DNA of 64,000 nt from Felis catus (taxonomy: Eukaryota). Below are positions 51,791-64,000 of the stretch, one piece after another. The stretch is taken from NCBI RefSeq assembly GCF_018350175.1, contig NC_058368.1, forward strand, positions 100,132,001 to 100,196,000. The letters are read 5' to 3'. The notes beneath the pieces are model-generated. The model saw only the letters and a program-made list of their open reading frames with translations, was not told the DNA's origin and did not search any database. Each line of letters starts with the position of its first letter. Within the stretch, counting starts at the first letter, position 1. Made by a program: the position numbers and the translations under genes.

Positions 51791-53906
51791 GTCACATTAA
51801 GTAAATTGTCTACTTTTATCCAGTCAATAGTAGCTTGCAGTCTTAGCACCTTAACTTTTAAACTTTCAACTATAACTGTTACTCAGATTCCTATTTCGTC
51901 ACCCACAATACATAATAATTGGCGTTTAAAATCACAAATACCTTTAGTACATGTTTTAATTAGAAAAGTAACATAAGCGCATGAATTTCAAATGTGGGCT
52001 AAAGAAGAAAATAACCCACAGCCAAACCATTCTAATGCAATCCTTATTTTATTTCTTTTTACATGCATGTTTTCACAGTTAAAATAATGATGTTGGTACA
52101 GTTTAGTATCTTACTTTGTAGTTAGTTAACATTTTATTAGATGGCTTTTCCATGTTGTGAGTCTTCTCAGCCCTCCTTTTTTCACAGCCATCATTTCAAT
52201 TGGCTACATATTATTCTATTCAGTGGTTCACACGATAATTTATTTAAATAATCCCCTAATGGTGAGCATTTGGAATACATCTAATATTTTAGCCTGATAA
52301 AGAAGACTCCTAGGAGCATCTTTGTGCTTACAGCCTTTTTACATATTTTGTTTAACCTAACAGTGGAATTATGTATCTGTTTATAGACAGTATATCAATC
52401 TGCCCAGATCCGTGTCTAGTAGAGTAAATCTATCCATATCTATTAGTACTTTATTGAGATAGTTAAATTTTAGAACCCTAACATCAGGCAAGGGTACAGT
52501 ACAGCCAGTTAGAATATTGGGAAGAGACAATTTTCTAAAATGTGAAATATATTAATTAATTTTACTCAATGTGTCCTTTTGAGCGCTATGTCAAGTAGTA
52601 TTCCTGACATACCAAGAAGGCTGACAACGACCATGGGAGGCACCATTCCTATCTTGATGAAGCTTTCTTTAGTATAGGTGATTACGGACCAGTCTACAGA
52701 CTGGTCAGTACTTTGAATGGGGAAATAGATGTCGTATGGAAATACATAGATAGGGCTCATCCCCTAATCCCAAAGTCTTGTAGGGCTTCTTAGAAGATAT
52801 AACATTTATATAAATCATAAATAAGGAAATAACAAAAACATAAGGTGGTATAAGGAAAGAGGGTAAATGTACTTCAGGCAGAGATAATGGCACATGAAAG
52901 AACATTAGGCAAGGAGCACATGTGGTAGGTAAAAAAAGGAAAGGAAAATAGTGTGTCTGGAGAGGGGATTGCATGTAGGAATATTTGAACATTTCTTTTG
53001 CATTTGTTTTAACAATCATCAATAATTGGATTTAATCCTTGATTTATCTATTGAGTTGATAATCCAAGCTTTCTTTCCCACAAAAGTATCCCTGTTCTAA
53101 TATAAAGCAATGAATTAGAAATCAGTTAAACTGCATCCTTGCCAGCATCAGATGGTATCAGTTAGGTTATTGTAACAGCAGAAGAATTTTAAAAGATATT
53201 ATTTATGTTTTTAATGATCATTTCAAGGTCTATGGAGTGATTTGAGGGAAACTCCCAAGGGAAGTTCTGTTCAAAGAGAACTCCCATAATTCTTTTTCTG
53301 AAGACTGAAATTCCTCTTGTTTCTTTCTCCTTTGGCTTAAAATATTGAAAGCCCTTATTAATTTGTAAATTTATTAGAGGAAAGGATTTCATATTTCTAT
53401 TCCTTTCAGCTGTGAACACTTTATAATATTTTTTCAAAGAGTTGTGTCCTTAAAGAATAGGTCACAGTAGAGTTAAATTCTGATTGTGACTTTTGAGATA
53501 GAAACAGTCCCTAATAAGGGTTTCCCTTTGGAATGTGAAAGCTCAGGTGTGGGTATTAGACTTCTGGAAGACTTGGGAAGCAGGGGTGGAGAGTGGACAG
53601 ATTTTAACCCCAAAATGATGATGAAATAGTTCCAAATCATACCCTACTCACAAATTTTCCTAATCCCAGCCCTGTCCGGCATAGCCATTCTAGAGGAAAG
53701 TAAAAAATACCTTGGAAATGTAACTTCTTTTAAAACATCAATGTGAGACCTTTTTTTGCTGCATGGCTAATTTCTCATTATAATGTGGATCAACAGAATC
53801 ATGGTTTTCTTTATACTCTTGGGTCATGCCTCAGAAGGCACACCCTGTATCTTAGGGAGTCATGAAGAGTTGCACTAGCTGGGCAGAGTAGTGATTAATG
53901 ACTTAC

Positions 53907-54479
53907 TGATGTGGAATGTTGGGGTTTGGAGCTAACGGTCAAGAAAGAATTCTTGAGGTGTCTTCAGTGCAAAAAGGTAGTATTATGAAAGCACAGGGAC
54001 GGGACCCATTGTCATAAAGAGCTGCACTGACGTCATGACAGGTGACTGATTATACACTTTAGATTGGGAGATTAGAGATAACGTAAGTCTCTGAGGAATT
54101 TTGGGAGCAGGGTTTCCGGGACCTTGAGGGAGCTAGCTATTGTTTGGAAAATGTCATTTATTACTGTCTAATAAAACCTTAGCCATGAGACCTTTCAGAT
54201 GTTTATCAGTGGGCCATATACTTGAAGGATGATTGCCAACATATATCTTGGTGGGTAGAGATAAAGGAGGTTCCCAAAGGAATTTCTGTATATTAAAAGA
54301 GAGTTACAGGATCCTGGAGGTTGGGGTAATGTTAAGCTAAGATTGCTTTTTGCCTTTAGCAAAGTATTAACATCAAAACAGCTGAGTTCCTAGAAGAAGG
54401 TCACTCTCCTGTTTCAAAGACTCATCAATGGGCTGTAAGTAGCAAGGAAATGTTTCTTTTGCCTTTGTTTCCCACCTCA
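53907..54479 (-). mobile_element. Solo LTR of a carnivore ERV1-class retrovirus
   Basis: TG...CA termini; near-perfect 4-bp TSD TTAC/TTGC; minus-strand U5-like GAATTCTTTCTTGACCG...CCCCAACA; no gag/pol adjacent. Confidence 0.65.
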
Positions 54480-56016
54480 TTGCTGGCACCAAAATTAGGT
54501 GGAGTAATTTAGCTTCAATTTGGCTACAGCCATGATCACGATTAGTATTTCCAGTCGTATCATACGATACTTGCAATCCACTGTACTATGGCAGTCATTT
54601 GACTATTCTGGTTCTCTTCCTTCTGGATATGTTGTAGTTCTTTCATTCCCTATCTTCTTGTCACTTATGATGACTCACTCTGGCCAATGAAAATGAAGTG
54701 AGAGTAATGTATGTCTCTATCACGGAAGAATTAACCGGTGGAAGATGGGATCAAATGGGCTTGAACCATACAGATTTAGCCATCATTGGGAGATGTGGAA
54801 TTGTGAGGACTTTTGAATGAAGAATACATTCTTGTAGTAGTCAAAGCAAGAATGAAAATGGACAATTACAAATCAGGATTTTTCTTTCTACACTCCCCTT
54901 GTTATGTGGAAAAGCCAGCATCCATCACATTCTTCCAAAGTAGTCCTGAAAGTTCTCAGGAAACTCTTACTGTGTTTTGCAGCCAAATCTTTTGACTTCA
55001 ATGTGCCATCTGTGAACATCTCTTTTGCTCCAGATCACTATGGCAATGACAATGAACAAAGAGGCAGCTCTTTCAAAAGTGCACGTTAGAAGTGTTCCTG
55101 CCACCATACTGCAATTGCTGAGCCAAATGCATTGCCACATGTACAGGGCAATGGCACCTAAACCAAACCTCTTAGTGTTGCAGTTAATACAAATGCCCCT
55201 TCTCATTGTTATGGATGCTTTTAGCGTCGATATAGAAATGCCATGGAATCCCAAAAATCTCACTTGTATTAGTTTTTATTCATTTTTTTTTCATTATAGC
55301 CCTGTCTCTTAGTACAGATATGAGGTCATGGTAGCTAGACCAGAGTGACAGACAGAAAGGGGGCTATGCTGTGAGTCATCTTTGCCTCTATTCTGGCACT
55401 GGTAGTAGTCCAAATAAACCAATGCATCTAAAAGGACAATATCTGGGGCTGTTTTTTTTTTAAATCTCTGTTGTGGAAGGACAGGCACAACCCCTCTGAG
55501 CCAATTGACCAGTGCGTGTGGCAGAGTGCATTCTTCATTTCTCTATTTAGTAGTAAAATTTGAGTTTCACCTGGCAAATGGTCTTTAAAGGCTCACATGG
55601 CTTTTAATGGGAGGCACATGTCTTCTATTTGTTATTTTCCCCTTGCAGCTGGTTGGATCAGAGATGTAATGAGGGGAACTGGAGCAGCCACTTCAGACCA
55701 TGAGGCAGAAACCCCATCATGACTGGGCAACAGGATACAAGAAGCTTGAGTCTTTGACACTAAAACTGCTTCTCTGTTTTGGATTATTTTCACGCATACT
55801 GTTAAATGAGACAAATAAGTTTCTATCTAAGTGTACCTACTGTTCTTTTGTTTTCACAGAAGATAAGTTTGTAGCCTGACTACTACAATGAGAAAATTCA
55901 GACAGTGAAAAACAAGCTACCACAGATTTGAGGGGAACAGGAAAGATCAGAGTTCTTTGGGGTGAAAGATCGTTAAGGTAAACCAAAGAAATTAAAAATG
56001 TATTGTTGACAAAGTT

Positions 56017-56027
56017 GCACACACACA

Positions 56028-56065
<38 letters not shown>
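56017..56065 (+). repeat. (CA)n microsatellite
   Basis: Interrupted CA run. Confidence 0.95.
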
Positions 56066-56069
<4 letters not shown>

Positions 56070-56569
56070 GTTTATTCAGTATTAGAGAAGCAAGTGTGAG
56101 GCTTTTCCAAAAGAAGACACATTAGTTAGCTTACCATAATCCTTCAACCCATATCTTCAGATTGTAACATCAAAAGATGCCTTTGAGAGCCAATGAACTT
56201 CAACAGCTAACTTCACTTTCTGAGCCCAACCATGGGAAACAACCGATGCTCTCATTCCTCACAATAGTTTCATTAGAAGAGTAAGACAGCAGAAGAAACA
56301 CTTCAGCACCTTTTGTATCTGTACATTCCCCTATTCCCTACTTCTGTGCCAGGGGATAGAAACCAAGTTGCTACAATCTGCAGGGTAAATTTTCTTTCTG
56401 GAAGCACCTGAGTGTTCTCTACTCCTAGAAGACTTGCACCCATAGAATTCCCATTCCCCAGGCCCAGTGACTCTCTGCAGGCCACGAGCTATAAAAGATG
56501 GGATCTGCCTCTGGGCTGATTGATCAAAACCCAGTCCTGAATGGATCACCTTCATTCATATAATAAATA

Positions 56570-57082
56570 AGAACTGTTTGGTTGCAATTAACAGCCTGAC
56601 AAACGATGACTTAAACCATCATGATATTTATTATACCAGTAAAATAAGAAGTCTAGAGGTAGGAAGTTCCAAAATTACTTAACTTCAGCGACATAATGAC
56701 ATCATCAAATTCCTGGATGCCTTCTGTCCTTCTCCTTGGCTGCTCTCGGCATTGGCTTCCATTCCTCGTCAATACAAGATGGCTGACACAGCCCCACACT
56801 CACATCCTTCTAAAATCCTATTCAAAACCAGGAAGCTGGAGGAAGCACAGGAAGCAGCTTTATCCTTGAGCACTTCTGTCAAAATCAAGGAAGAAAATCT
56901 TTGCCAAAAGCCCTCTAATTCCTTACTACTCAAATTGTGGTCTTCAGGTCATAGCTTCATCCTTCAGCCAGCAACTAATTAAAATGCGATGTCTCGAGCC
57001 CTATCCTGATTACTGATTCAGATTCTGTATATTAGGATCCTCAGGTGATTTGTGTACACAGTCAAGCTTGAGAAGCACTGCT
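56570..57082. mobile_element. MLT-like LTR fragment followed by MER5-like hAT end
   Basis: GGTTGCAA...AAGAAGTCTAGAGGTAGG...ACAAGATGGCTG; CAGGTGATT...AAGCTTGAGAAGCACTG. Confidence 0.55.
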
Positions 57083-57232
57083 CTAATGAACTTTTTCTTA
57101 CTTCTTTTTAGCCAGAGCTTGATGACATGACTTTCCCCACGTGGAAGGGAGGATGCGATAGTAATCATTTTTTTCTGTTTTTCTTTTTTCTTTTCTTTTC
57201 TTTTTTTTTTTTTTAAGAAATAGGAAAGAGCA

Positions 57233-57444
57233 GGGGTGCCTGGGTAGCTCAGTTGGTTAAGCATCCAACTCTTGATATCTGCTTGGGTCATGATCCCTCA
57301 GTGTTTGGCTCAATCTCCCGTTGGGCTCCATGCTGAGCAGGGAGGCTGCTTGGGATTCTCTCTCCTTCTTTCTCTTCCCTCCCCCCCCCCCACTCACACG
57401 TGTGTGCCCTTTGTCTCTCTTAAAATTGATAAACATTTAAAAAA
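57233..57444 (+). mobile_element. SINEC
   Basis: TSD AAGAAATAGGAAAGAGCA. Confidence 0.93.
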
Positions 57445-58053
57445 GAAATAGGAAAGAGCAAATGAGGTAGGCAATCTTGGGACACCTTCCTAGAGCTGCC
57501 ATGGTATTTCTCCAAGGACAGGGTAGTACAGAGCACCATGCTCCCCACAGTTCCTTGCTGCTCCCTGAGGCTCGCTGCGATCACACAGACTATGAAAACC
57601 TTTCCACAGAATGAAGCACTGGCCCATCGGCAGTATTTTTAACAGCAGGTTGAGACTTTACCCATGTGATTTTGGAAAGGTTTCTTGTTTTTACGATCTT
57701 GAGGTTTAAGAGCGCTGAGTAACCCAGGAGAATTCAAAGGAAAAACATTAGAGCTTGTATAATTGCAGGGAAGGTGAAAATTGTAAAAGTACCTGGTTTT
57801 TTTTTTTTTTCAGTTGGTATAAAATATTTTTTCACCAGAGCAGCTAAAAAAAATCTATTTTCACAGACATCTTTTTTTCCACTTTGCATTGGTTTTCTGG
57901 CCTTAGTGAAAATTTACTAAGAACATTATTTATAAAGATGAAGTAACTGCCTTTGAGGATTTGGGTCTAATTTTAAAAATGAAAATTTTGCTATTTTAAG
58001 GTCGAGCCATTAATAAGCTAAGGCTTCTTAACTATTTCATAAAGTAAAATTCG

Positions 58054-58276
58054 TTTTTTTTTAATTTTTTAAATATTTATTTACTTTTAAGAGAGAGAGG
58101 GAGCAAAAGTGGGGGGAGGACAGAGAGAGAGACAGAGAGAAACAGAGAATCCAAAGCAGGCTCCAGGCTCTAAGCTGTCAGCACAGAGCTCTATGTGGGG
58201 CTTGAACTCATGAACCACAAGATCGTGATCTGAGCCAAAGTCAGTCACTTAACCAACTGAGCCACCCAGGCGCCCC
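58054..58276 (-). mobile_element. SINEC
   Basis: TSD TCATAAAGTAAAATTC. Confidence 0.93.
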
Positions 58277-60336
58277 TCATAAAGTAAAATTCTAAAAAAC
58301 TTTCCAATGACACAAAGTAAGAAAACACGAGGATAAAATGGAATATAGAAAAAAACAGAAAATAAAGGAAAAATGTGGGGAGACTTCTCAGTGTTGGGGC
58401 AAATACCTTGTAGATGGCAGTCTAAGCCAATTTCAGTTTGACTTCCTGGTGATTATGTGATGATTTACCTGTATCAGCATAAAAACAACAGTTGTCTTTT
58501 TTGTCTCAAAATACCTCTGTATGTTTATTTGAAGCCTCCTACATCATCACTCTTTCCCACTGGTGACTTAAAGGGCATTTTGAGAATAGTTTCAGGCTAC
58601 CTTCCGATCTCCTTCCAACCAAATCTTTATTTGTTTAACTCAATGGAAAATGTATGCTCCCAATGAACTTCTTTTTTCTGTGGCCTTACCTTTTTGATAC
58701 GACAGAGTACACGGAGTCTAACTCCAGACCAAAAGACCGTGAACCAGGTTTTTCTGAAGGGAAAAACCAGAGTAAACTTCAATGTAGAAATAGCTGTTTG
58801 ATATCACAAATGCTGCAGACACACTCAACAGAGTGTCCTTAAAACAAAAGCACAAATGAACCAGTGGTCGTATGCAGGCAATCAAAGAGTTGGAGGATGT
58901 GTCACTTCTTACAACATTTGGCATGTTTTAAGTGCACATAGTTCTCATCGAATTGGCTGGGAGGCCCCTACAGAGATCTGCTGGCAGACTAAGGTGCCCA
59001 CTAAAACAACTGTGAGTTTCAATAAAAATTCGTGCCATCAGTGCCAAAGCAAACTTGTGAAAATTGTCCACTTTCAGGCAACCCGTACAAAAAAACCTTA
59101 GGAGGGCTGAAGTCACTATTTAAAAGGGTCTCCGTAAGAGCCAAGAGAAATGTATCCCTGATTTATCTGAATACAGATCCTTGTAAATGGTAAAGGCATA
59201 GAGAGCCAAATTTGCATTTGGTACCTGGAACCTGGATTTGGCTCAGCCCGATCTGGCTAGCAAAAACAATGGGGTTCCTTGGTCCTCTTTGTTGGAGATG
59301 CTAAATGGAGAATTCAAGAATATGGTGAAACTGGGTCTTAAATATAATGGATTTAGTGAGGAACTGGGGACTTGGGGGGAGTCCTGTTTTTTTTTTCTTT
59401 CAGATAGACTGTGCCCATTGAACTGAAAGGAAAATAATATTTTCAACAAAGCAAAAGGAAAGCAAGTTCAGTTACGAAATTGGGAAGCCTTAAGAAAATA
59501 TATTTTTTTTCTTTTTGGTATTTGAGTTTCAGATTCTCGTCAAATGTGAGTTGTGTCCAGTCTGCTTAGTGGTAAATCAGAATGTCACCACTTGACCTTG
59601 GCAAAGTTACCTGGTAATGAGGATGAAAGGTGTATGGAACAATTTGTGTCTATCTGAGTCACGGAGTTTTCCTTCCACAGCACAAATGTGTCATCTGTTT
59701 TGTCATGGCTCATCTTGAGCAATAGAAGCTGAGATGACCATAAGGAGGAATGGGAAGGGCACCAGCCTGTAGGGCATGAGGCAGTATTCACACATAGGTA
59801 TATGTCTGTCCTTGCACAGGCTTTCTGGGAGAATGCACAAGAAACTAGTAATAGAGGTAGCTTCTGGGGTAGGTCTTGGAATGGGAACCTGGTGAGTCAG
59901 AGGTGGGAAAAAAATTTATTATTTCATGCATATTCTTTCATTTTTCATATATATGCATCTCCTACTCAAGAGAACCTATACATACTGCCTATGTGTGTGT
60001 GTACATGTTTACACACATACATATGTATTGCTCATTGAAAAAATGAATGTAGTAGCAAACGGCAGAGTGAGCAAAGAAAGACCATATTCTTCTTGGCTTT
60101 ACATTAAACTCGATGGGCCGTTTTCTCCCTCTAATCTTAGACGACTCTTCGAAAATGAAGAGGGTTAAAATTTAGACAATAGACATGGCTAATGCCTGTT
60201 AAAGCAGGGACTCCACAACTATAGAACATAAATGTATTCATTTTGAGTCTGATATTGGAGAGATACTACATTGTTAACAGTACGAACCCCAGGCAGTACC
60301 TCACTAGCCGAAAAGTTCAAACTTCAATGGTTGTGA

Positions 60337-60808
60337 GGGAGCACCTGGGTGGCTCTGTTGGTTAAGCGTCTGACTTTGGCTCAGGTCATGATCTCACAGT
60401 TTGTGAGTTCAAGGCGCGTGTCGGGCTCTGTGCTGACAGCTGAGAGCCTGGAGCCTGCTTTGGATTCTGTGTCTCCCTCTCTCTCTGCCCCTCCCCCACC
60501 CATGTTCTGTCTCCCTCCCTCTCTCTCTTAAAATAAATAAACATTAAAAAAGATTTTTTGGGGGGGCGCCTGGGGGGCGCAGTCGGTTAAGCGTCCAACT
60601 TCAGCCAGGTCATGATCTCGCGGTCCATGAGTTCGAGCCCTGTGTCAGGCTGTGGGCTGATGGCTCAGAGCCTGGAGCCTGTTTCCGATTCTGTGTCTCC
60701 CTCTCTCTCTGCCCCTCCCCCATTCATGCTCTGTCTCTCTCTGTCCCAAAAATAAATAAACGTTGAAAAAAAAATTAAAAAAAAAAAATAAATAATTTTT
60801 TTTTTTTT
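60337..60808 (+). mobile_element. Older SINEC with a young SINEC (from ~60561) inserted in its tail
   Basis: Two heads; outer TSD TTCAATGGTTGTG flanks the pair. Confidence 0.93.
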
Positions 60809-61594
60809 AATTCAATGGTTGTGTTTGAGTAGCTGCCCTGAGAAGGAGCATTAGGGAGGAGAGGGAGAAGTTGGAGTGCAGGCTGTGGGGACAGGAAAAG
60901 CATAGTGGCTGAAGCCTTACAGGATGTAACAAACAGGTCACATTCAAAGGTAAAACTGGTTACCACCATGTTCACCTCCCTGGGATCATCACCCCTCAAG
61001 AGCCTCAGCTGACAGTCTGTACTTCATCTAGGAGTGAATTTTGGTATGGCTGCCCTTGACCAGCCCAGTTGAACTTGTCTTAAAATTTTCCTGTCCCCAG
61101 ACTCTGGCCCTGTATCTCAAAGTACATGCTTGCCCACACTTGACAGTTCCTAGCTGTATTCCTGCCCACTCTAATTCCATTACACCTTTCATGGCAGAAG
61201 ACCCATCTCAGCTCCCTATCCTTGCACTTCCTGTAACGGACTAAATTTTACAGTGCAGAAGTGATTTTATACTCAGTCACATACAACACAATGTCTGCCG
61301 CCTCGCTGCTTGGGTAGGTGATGTGGGAAAGAAGTCAGACGGGCAGGGGCTGTGTTCACATTTCCAAGGTGGCTTCATTTATTGGTTGCAGAAATATGAC
61401 TAAGCTCCTCAGGCTTTCTGTGCCTGCTGCTTCTTTTGTAATGTAATCCCTTAGTTATGCACCACGAGTCTGAAAAGAGCCCATGGACCTGGCCTTCTGC
61501 AAAGAAAGCATTCTTATTTGAGCATGCAGATTGTTTAGTGCACAAGGCTCAACCTTGGCCCTACTGACCATTCACACCAGATGATTCCTTACTG

Positions 61595-61766
61595 TGGAGG
61601 GCTGCATTGTGCTTTGTAGGATATGTTCAGCTGCATCCCTGGTCTCTACCCACTAGATGCCAGTAGCACTCCCACAACCCCATATGTGACAACCCAGAAT
61701 CGCTCTGGACATTGCCAAATGTCCCTAAGGTACCAGGAGGAATCATCCCCCATTGAGAAGTACCGA
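61595..61766. mobile_element. MER20-like DNA transposon relic
   Basis: GCATCCCTGGTCTCTACCCACTAGATGCCAGTAGCAC...TGTGACAACC...GACATTGCCAAATGTCCC. Confidence 0.8.
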
Positions 61767-64000
61767 TTCAGAAAGTGAGTTTTCTCTCAAGTTTTATTTT
61801 GGTTCATATAGCCAGACTAGGGTTGGTGTCTGGACAATGTTGTCTTTTCCTGGTGCCCCTGACATTGTATCCTCAATCTATCTTCATTATGTACCTTGCT
61901 AGGGTACAGGGGACATGGTCTGCTGTACTCTGAAAGCTTACGGGTTGGTCTGAAGGGATGGTCTGCCTGTACCGTGATGAGCCTCTGCAGGGCAAACAAA
62001 GCTGGTCTTCCTGACATTGACCTATTCCTTGATAAAGCTTTCATGAATTATCATTCTACCCAAGTTTCTGTCTTAGCACAGATCTGCAGGAAATCGAGGA
62101 GTGAAGAGGGACAGAAAACTGCATCCTATCATAGCAGAGGGACAACTATTACCAGGCACAAGATGTGGCACACAATAAGAGGAACCTCTCTTCTTTCTTT
62201 CTAGGTCTCAGAATATAGTGTTCCTTATGCCAGCTGCCTGGCTACCATGTCTCTGTCGACTCGTCCAGGGTGGCGACCCACAACCTCACACCAGGAACTG
62301 TGGGCTGTGAGTGAGGCTTTGGGCTCTTCACCTCTTTACTGGATTATATTTATATTCATCACATCTTAAAGTTAGTCTGAGGAATGTGTACTTTTTTTTG
62401 TAATCAGTAGGGTGGTTAAGAGGAGAGAATTTCTAACGGGTGGGAAGGTGACCATGTTAAATATGTCAATGTGATTGAGGGTGACGGAAAGTGGAAAAAC
62501 CCTTAGATGAGTTCATTGGGATGCCACTGATGATGTGCTAAGAAGATGCTTCAGGGAGAGGAAGGGATAGAAACCAAATGATTGGCCATGAAGGCATAAA
62601 AACGGAAGGATGCTATGAGAAGGGAGGCATTGACTTGGACCACTCTTTATCAAGAAGAGTGCGTGCATGGCTTATTACCTCTCTGAAGTCTGAGGGGAAG
62701 AAGCCAGTAGAATGGAAGAAATCAAAGGTGCTAGAGAGATAGGACTAACCAGGGAAGCCAGCTACCAGGGAAGAAATACTTCTCTCTCTCTCTCTCTGAC
62801 ATCTATGGAAAGAATAAGAGGGAATCCCCTTTATAACTTACTGTTTTCAATTAAGAGACTAAAATGCCCTTCATAAAATGCCCATGGAAAGGTAAAATAT
62901 TAGACTGTTATCAGCCATGAACACTCTAATTTAAACCAGCTTTGGAAATCTGTGGGCAATAAACTGGTGATTAAGTATTTATTAAACATTTATTGCTTGC
63001 ATGCCATAAGGCATTGGACCTCTGCCCATTCTCTGAAAAGAGAGGCAAAATTATTTCAAAATGTTTATAGTACAGTAAGTAGAAAACTTTAAGGATTACT
63101 CCGGTCTTAACATCTTGTAACTTTGCATTATCTTTAATCAAGCCACATCATCATTTTCAGCAACACAAAAGGTGGGTGCCCAGCTTAGTGGGTAAAAATT
63201 TGCTGGGAACCTGCTATGTACACGTTCTGCGTTTGGCTGAGTTTAATGGGTGTTGAAAAAGAGGAAAAGAAGCAAGATGAACAGATGTGCCAGAATAGCT
63301 TGGAGAGCCAGAATTTGTGAAGAGTTGTCCCGATTCACAGCAAATATTTAAAACCTAGCATCTCAGGCATCTGCAAGAGGAGGATTTACAACACAGTATA
63401 TCCAAAATATTTTACTATATCAGTGGACACTTAGATAGAGTACTGAAAAAAAATCCCCCATCCATAGGAAGGGAGATCAAAAGAAAGAAAGCCTTCTCTC
63501 CACCCCTGGAAATGTTTTTTATTATGCCAAGGATAAGCAAGAGAGTCCTTGGACCTTTTTTTTTTTTTATTCTCAGAGTCTGAGTTTGAAATCTGTGACA
63601 CATAAATAAATAAGTTAATGTCCTCTGCCTCATCCATTTAAAAAAGTCAGACCAATTATGTATTTTTGCCTGAAGACAGTTGGCAGAACTGAAGGCTATT
63701 TTAAAGCCCACTTCAGCTCCAAGAGTTCTGGTTCTATGATAAACCGCTCAAGTGCACAGAAAATACCATACCCTCATTGGCCTTCGCAAACAAATCCACT
63801 TTTCTCTTGAACACAGTTGAAGGATGATTTGCTGTGCTTTTTGTTTTGGAAGTTTGGGAAGGTTTCCATGGTTTCTGTGTCCTCTTGGTCTCTTTTTCTG
63901 TGTATCAGCTTGACCATAGATTTACCAGAGGCCAACACTGTCATTTCCTTAGATGTATGTCCCTCAGGCATGCATTCCACAGAGGCGGTATAAATTGGCT

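Noticed and set aside
48000..64000. Expected syntenic neighbour gene (ZNF474) coding sequence
   Set aside because: No zinc-finger or other recognisable coding exon and no CpG island seen; it probably lies beyond the window

Overview
Mammalian genomic DNA, almost certainly a felid given the abundant carnivore tRNA-derived SINEC_Fc-type elements. The window holds the complete coding structure of lysyl oxidase (LOX) on the minus strand: seven coding exons (15975-15351, 14978-14870, 13258-13121, 11404-11248, 8162-8067, 7178-7063, 3002-2996), all GT-AG, totalling 1248 nt (415 aa + stop). It also holds the CpG-island promoter (~14850-16700) and about 3 kb of 3'UTR. The remaining ~47 kb upstream is intergenic: SINEs, old and nested L1s, a solo ERV LTR, MIR/L2/DNA-transposon relics, microsatellites and candidate enhancer motifs; no second protein-coding gene was recognised. 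The most unusual observations are (1) a 26-bp x3 tandem repeat that triplicates the LOX exon 3 splice donor, where the two extra donors would expose an immediate stop codon inside the copper-binding motif, and (2) a young SINE carrying an apparent 35-nt 3' transduction inside its TSDs. I did not find a clearly new multi-gene system. Repeat subfamily names and most repeat boundaries are approximate and assigned by eye.
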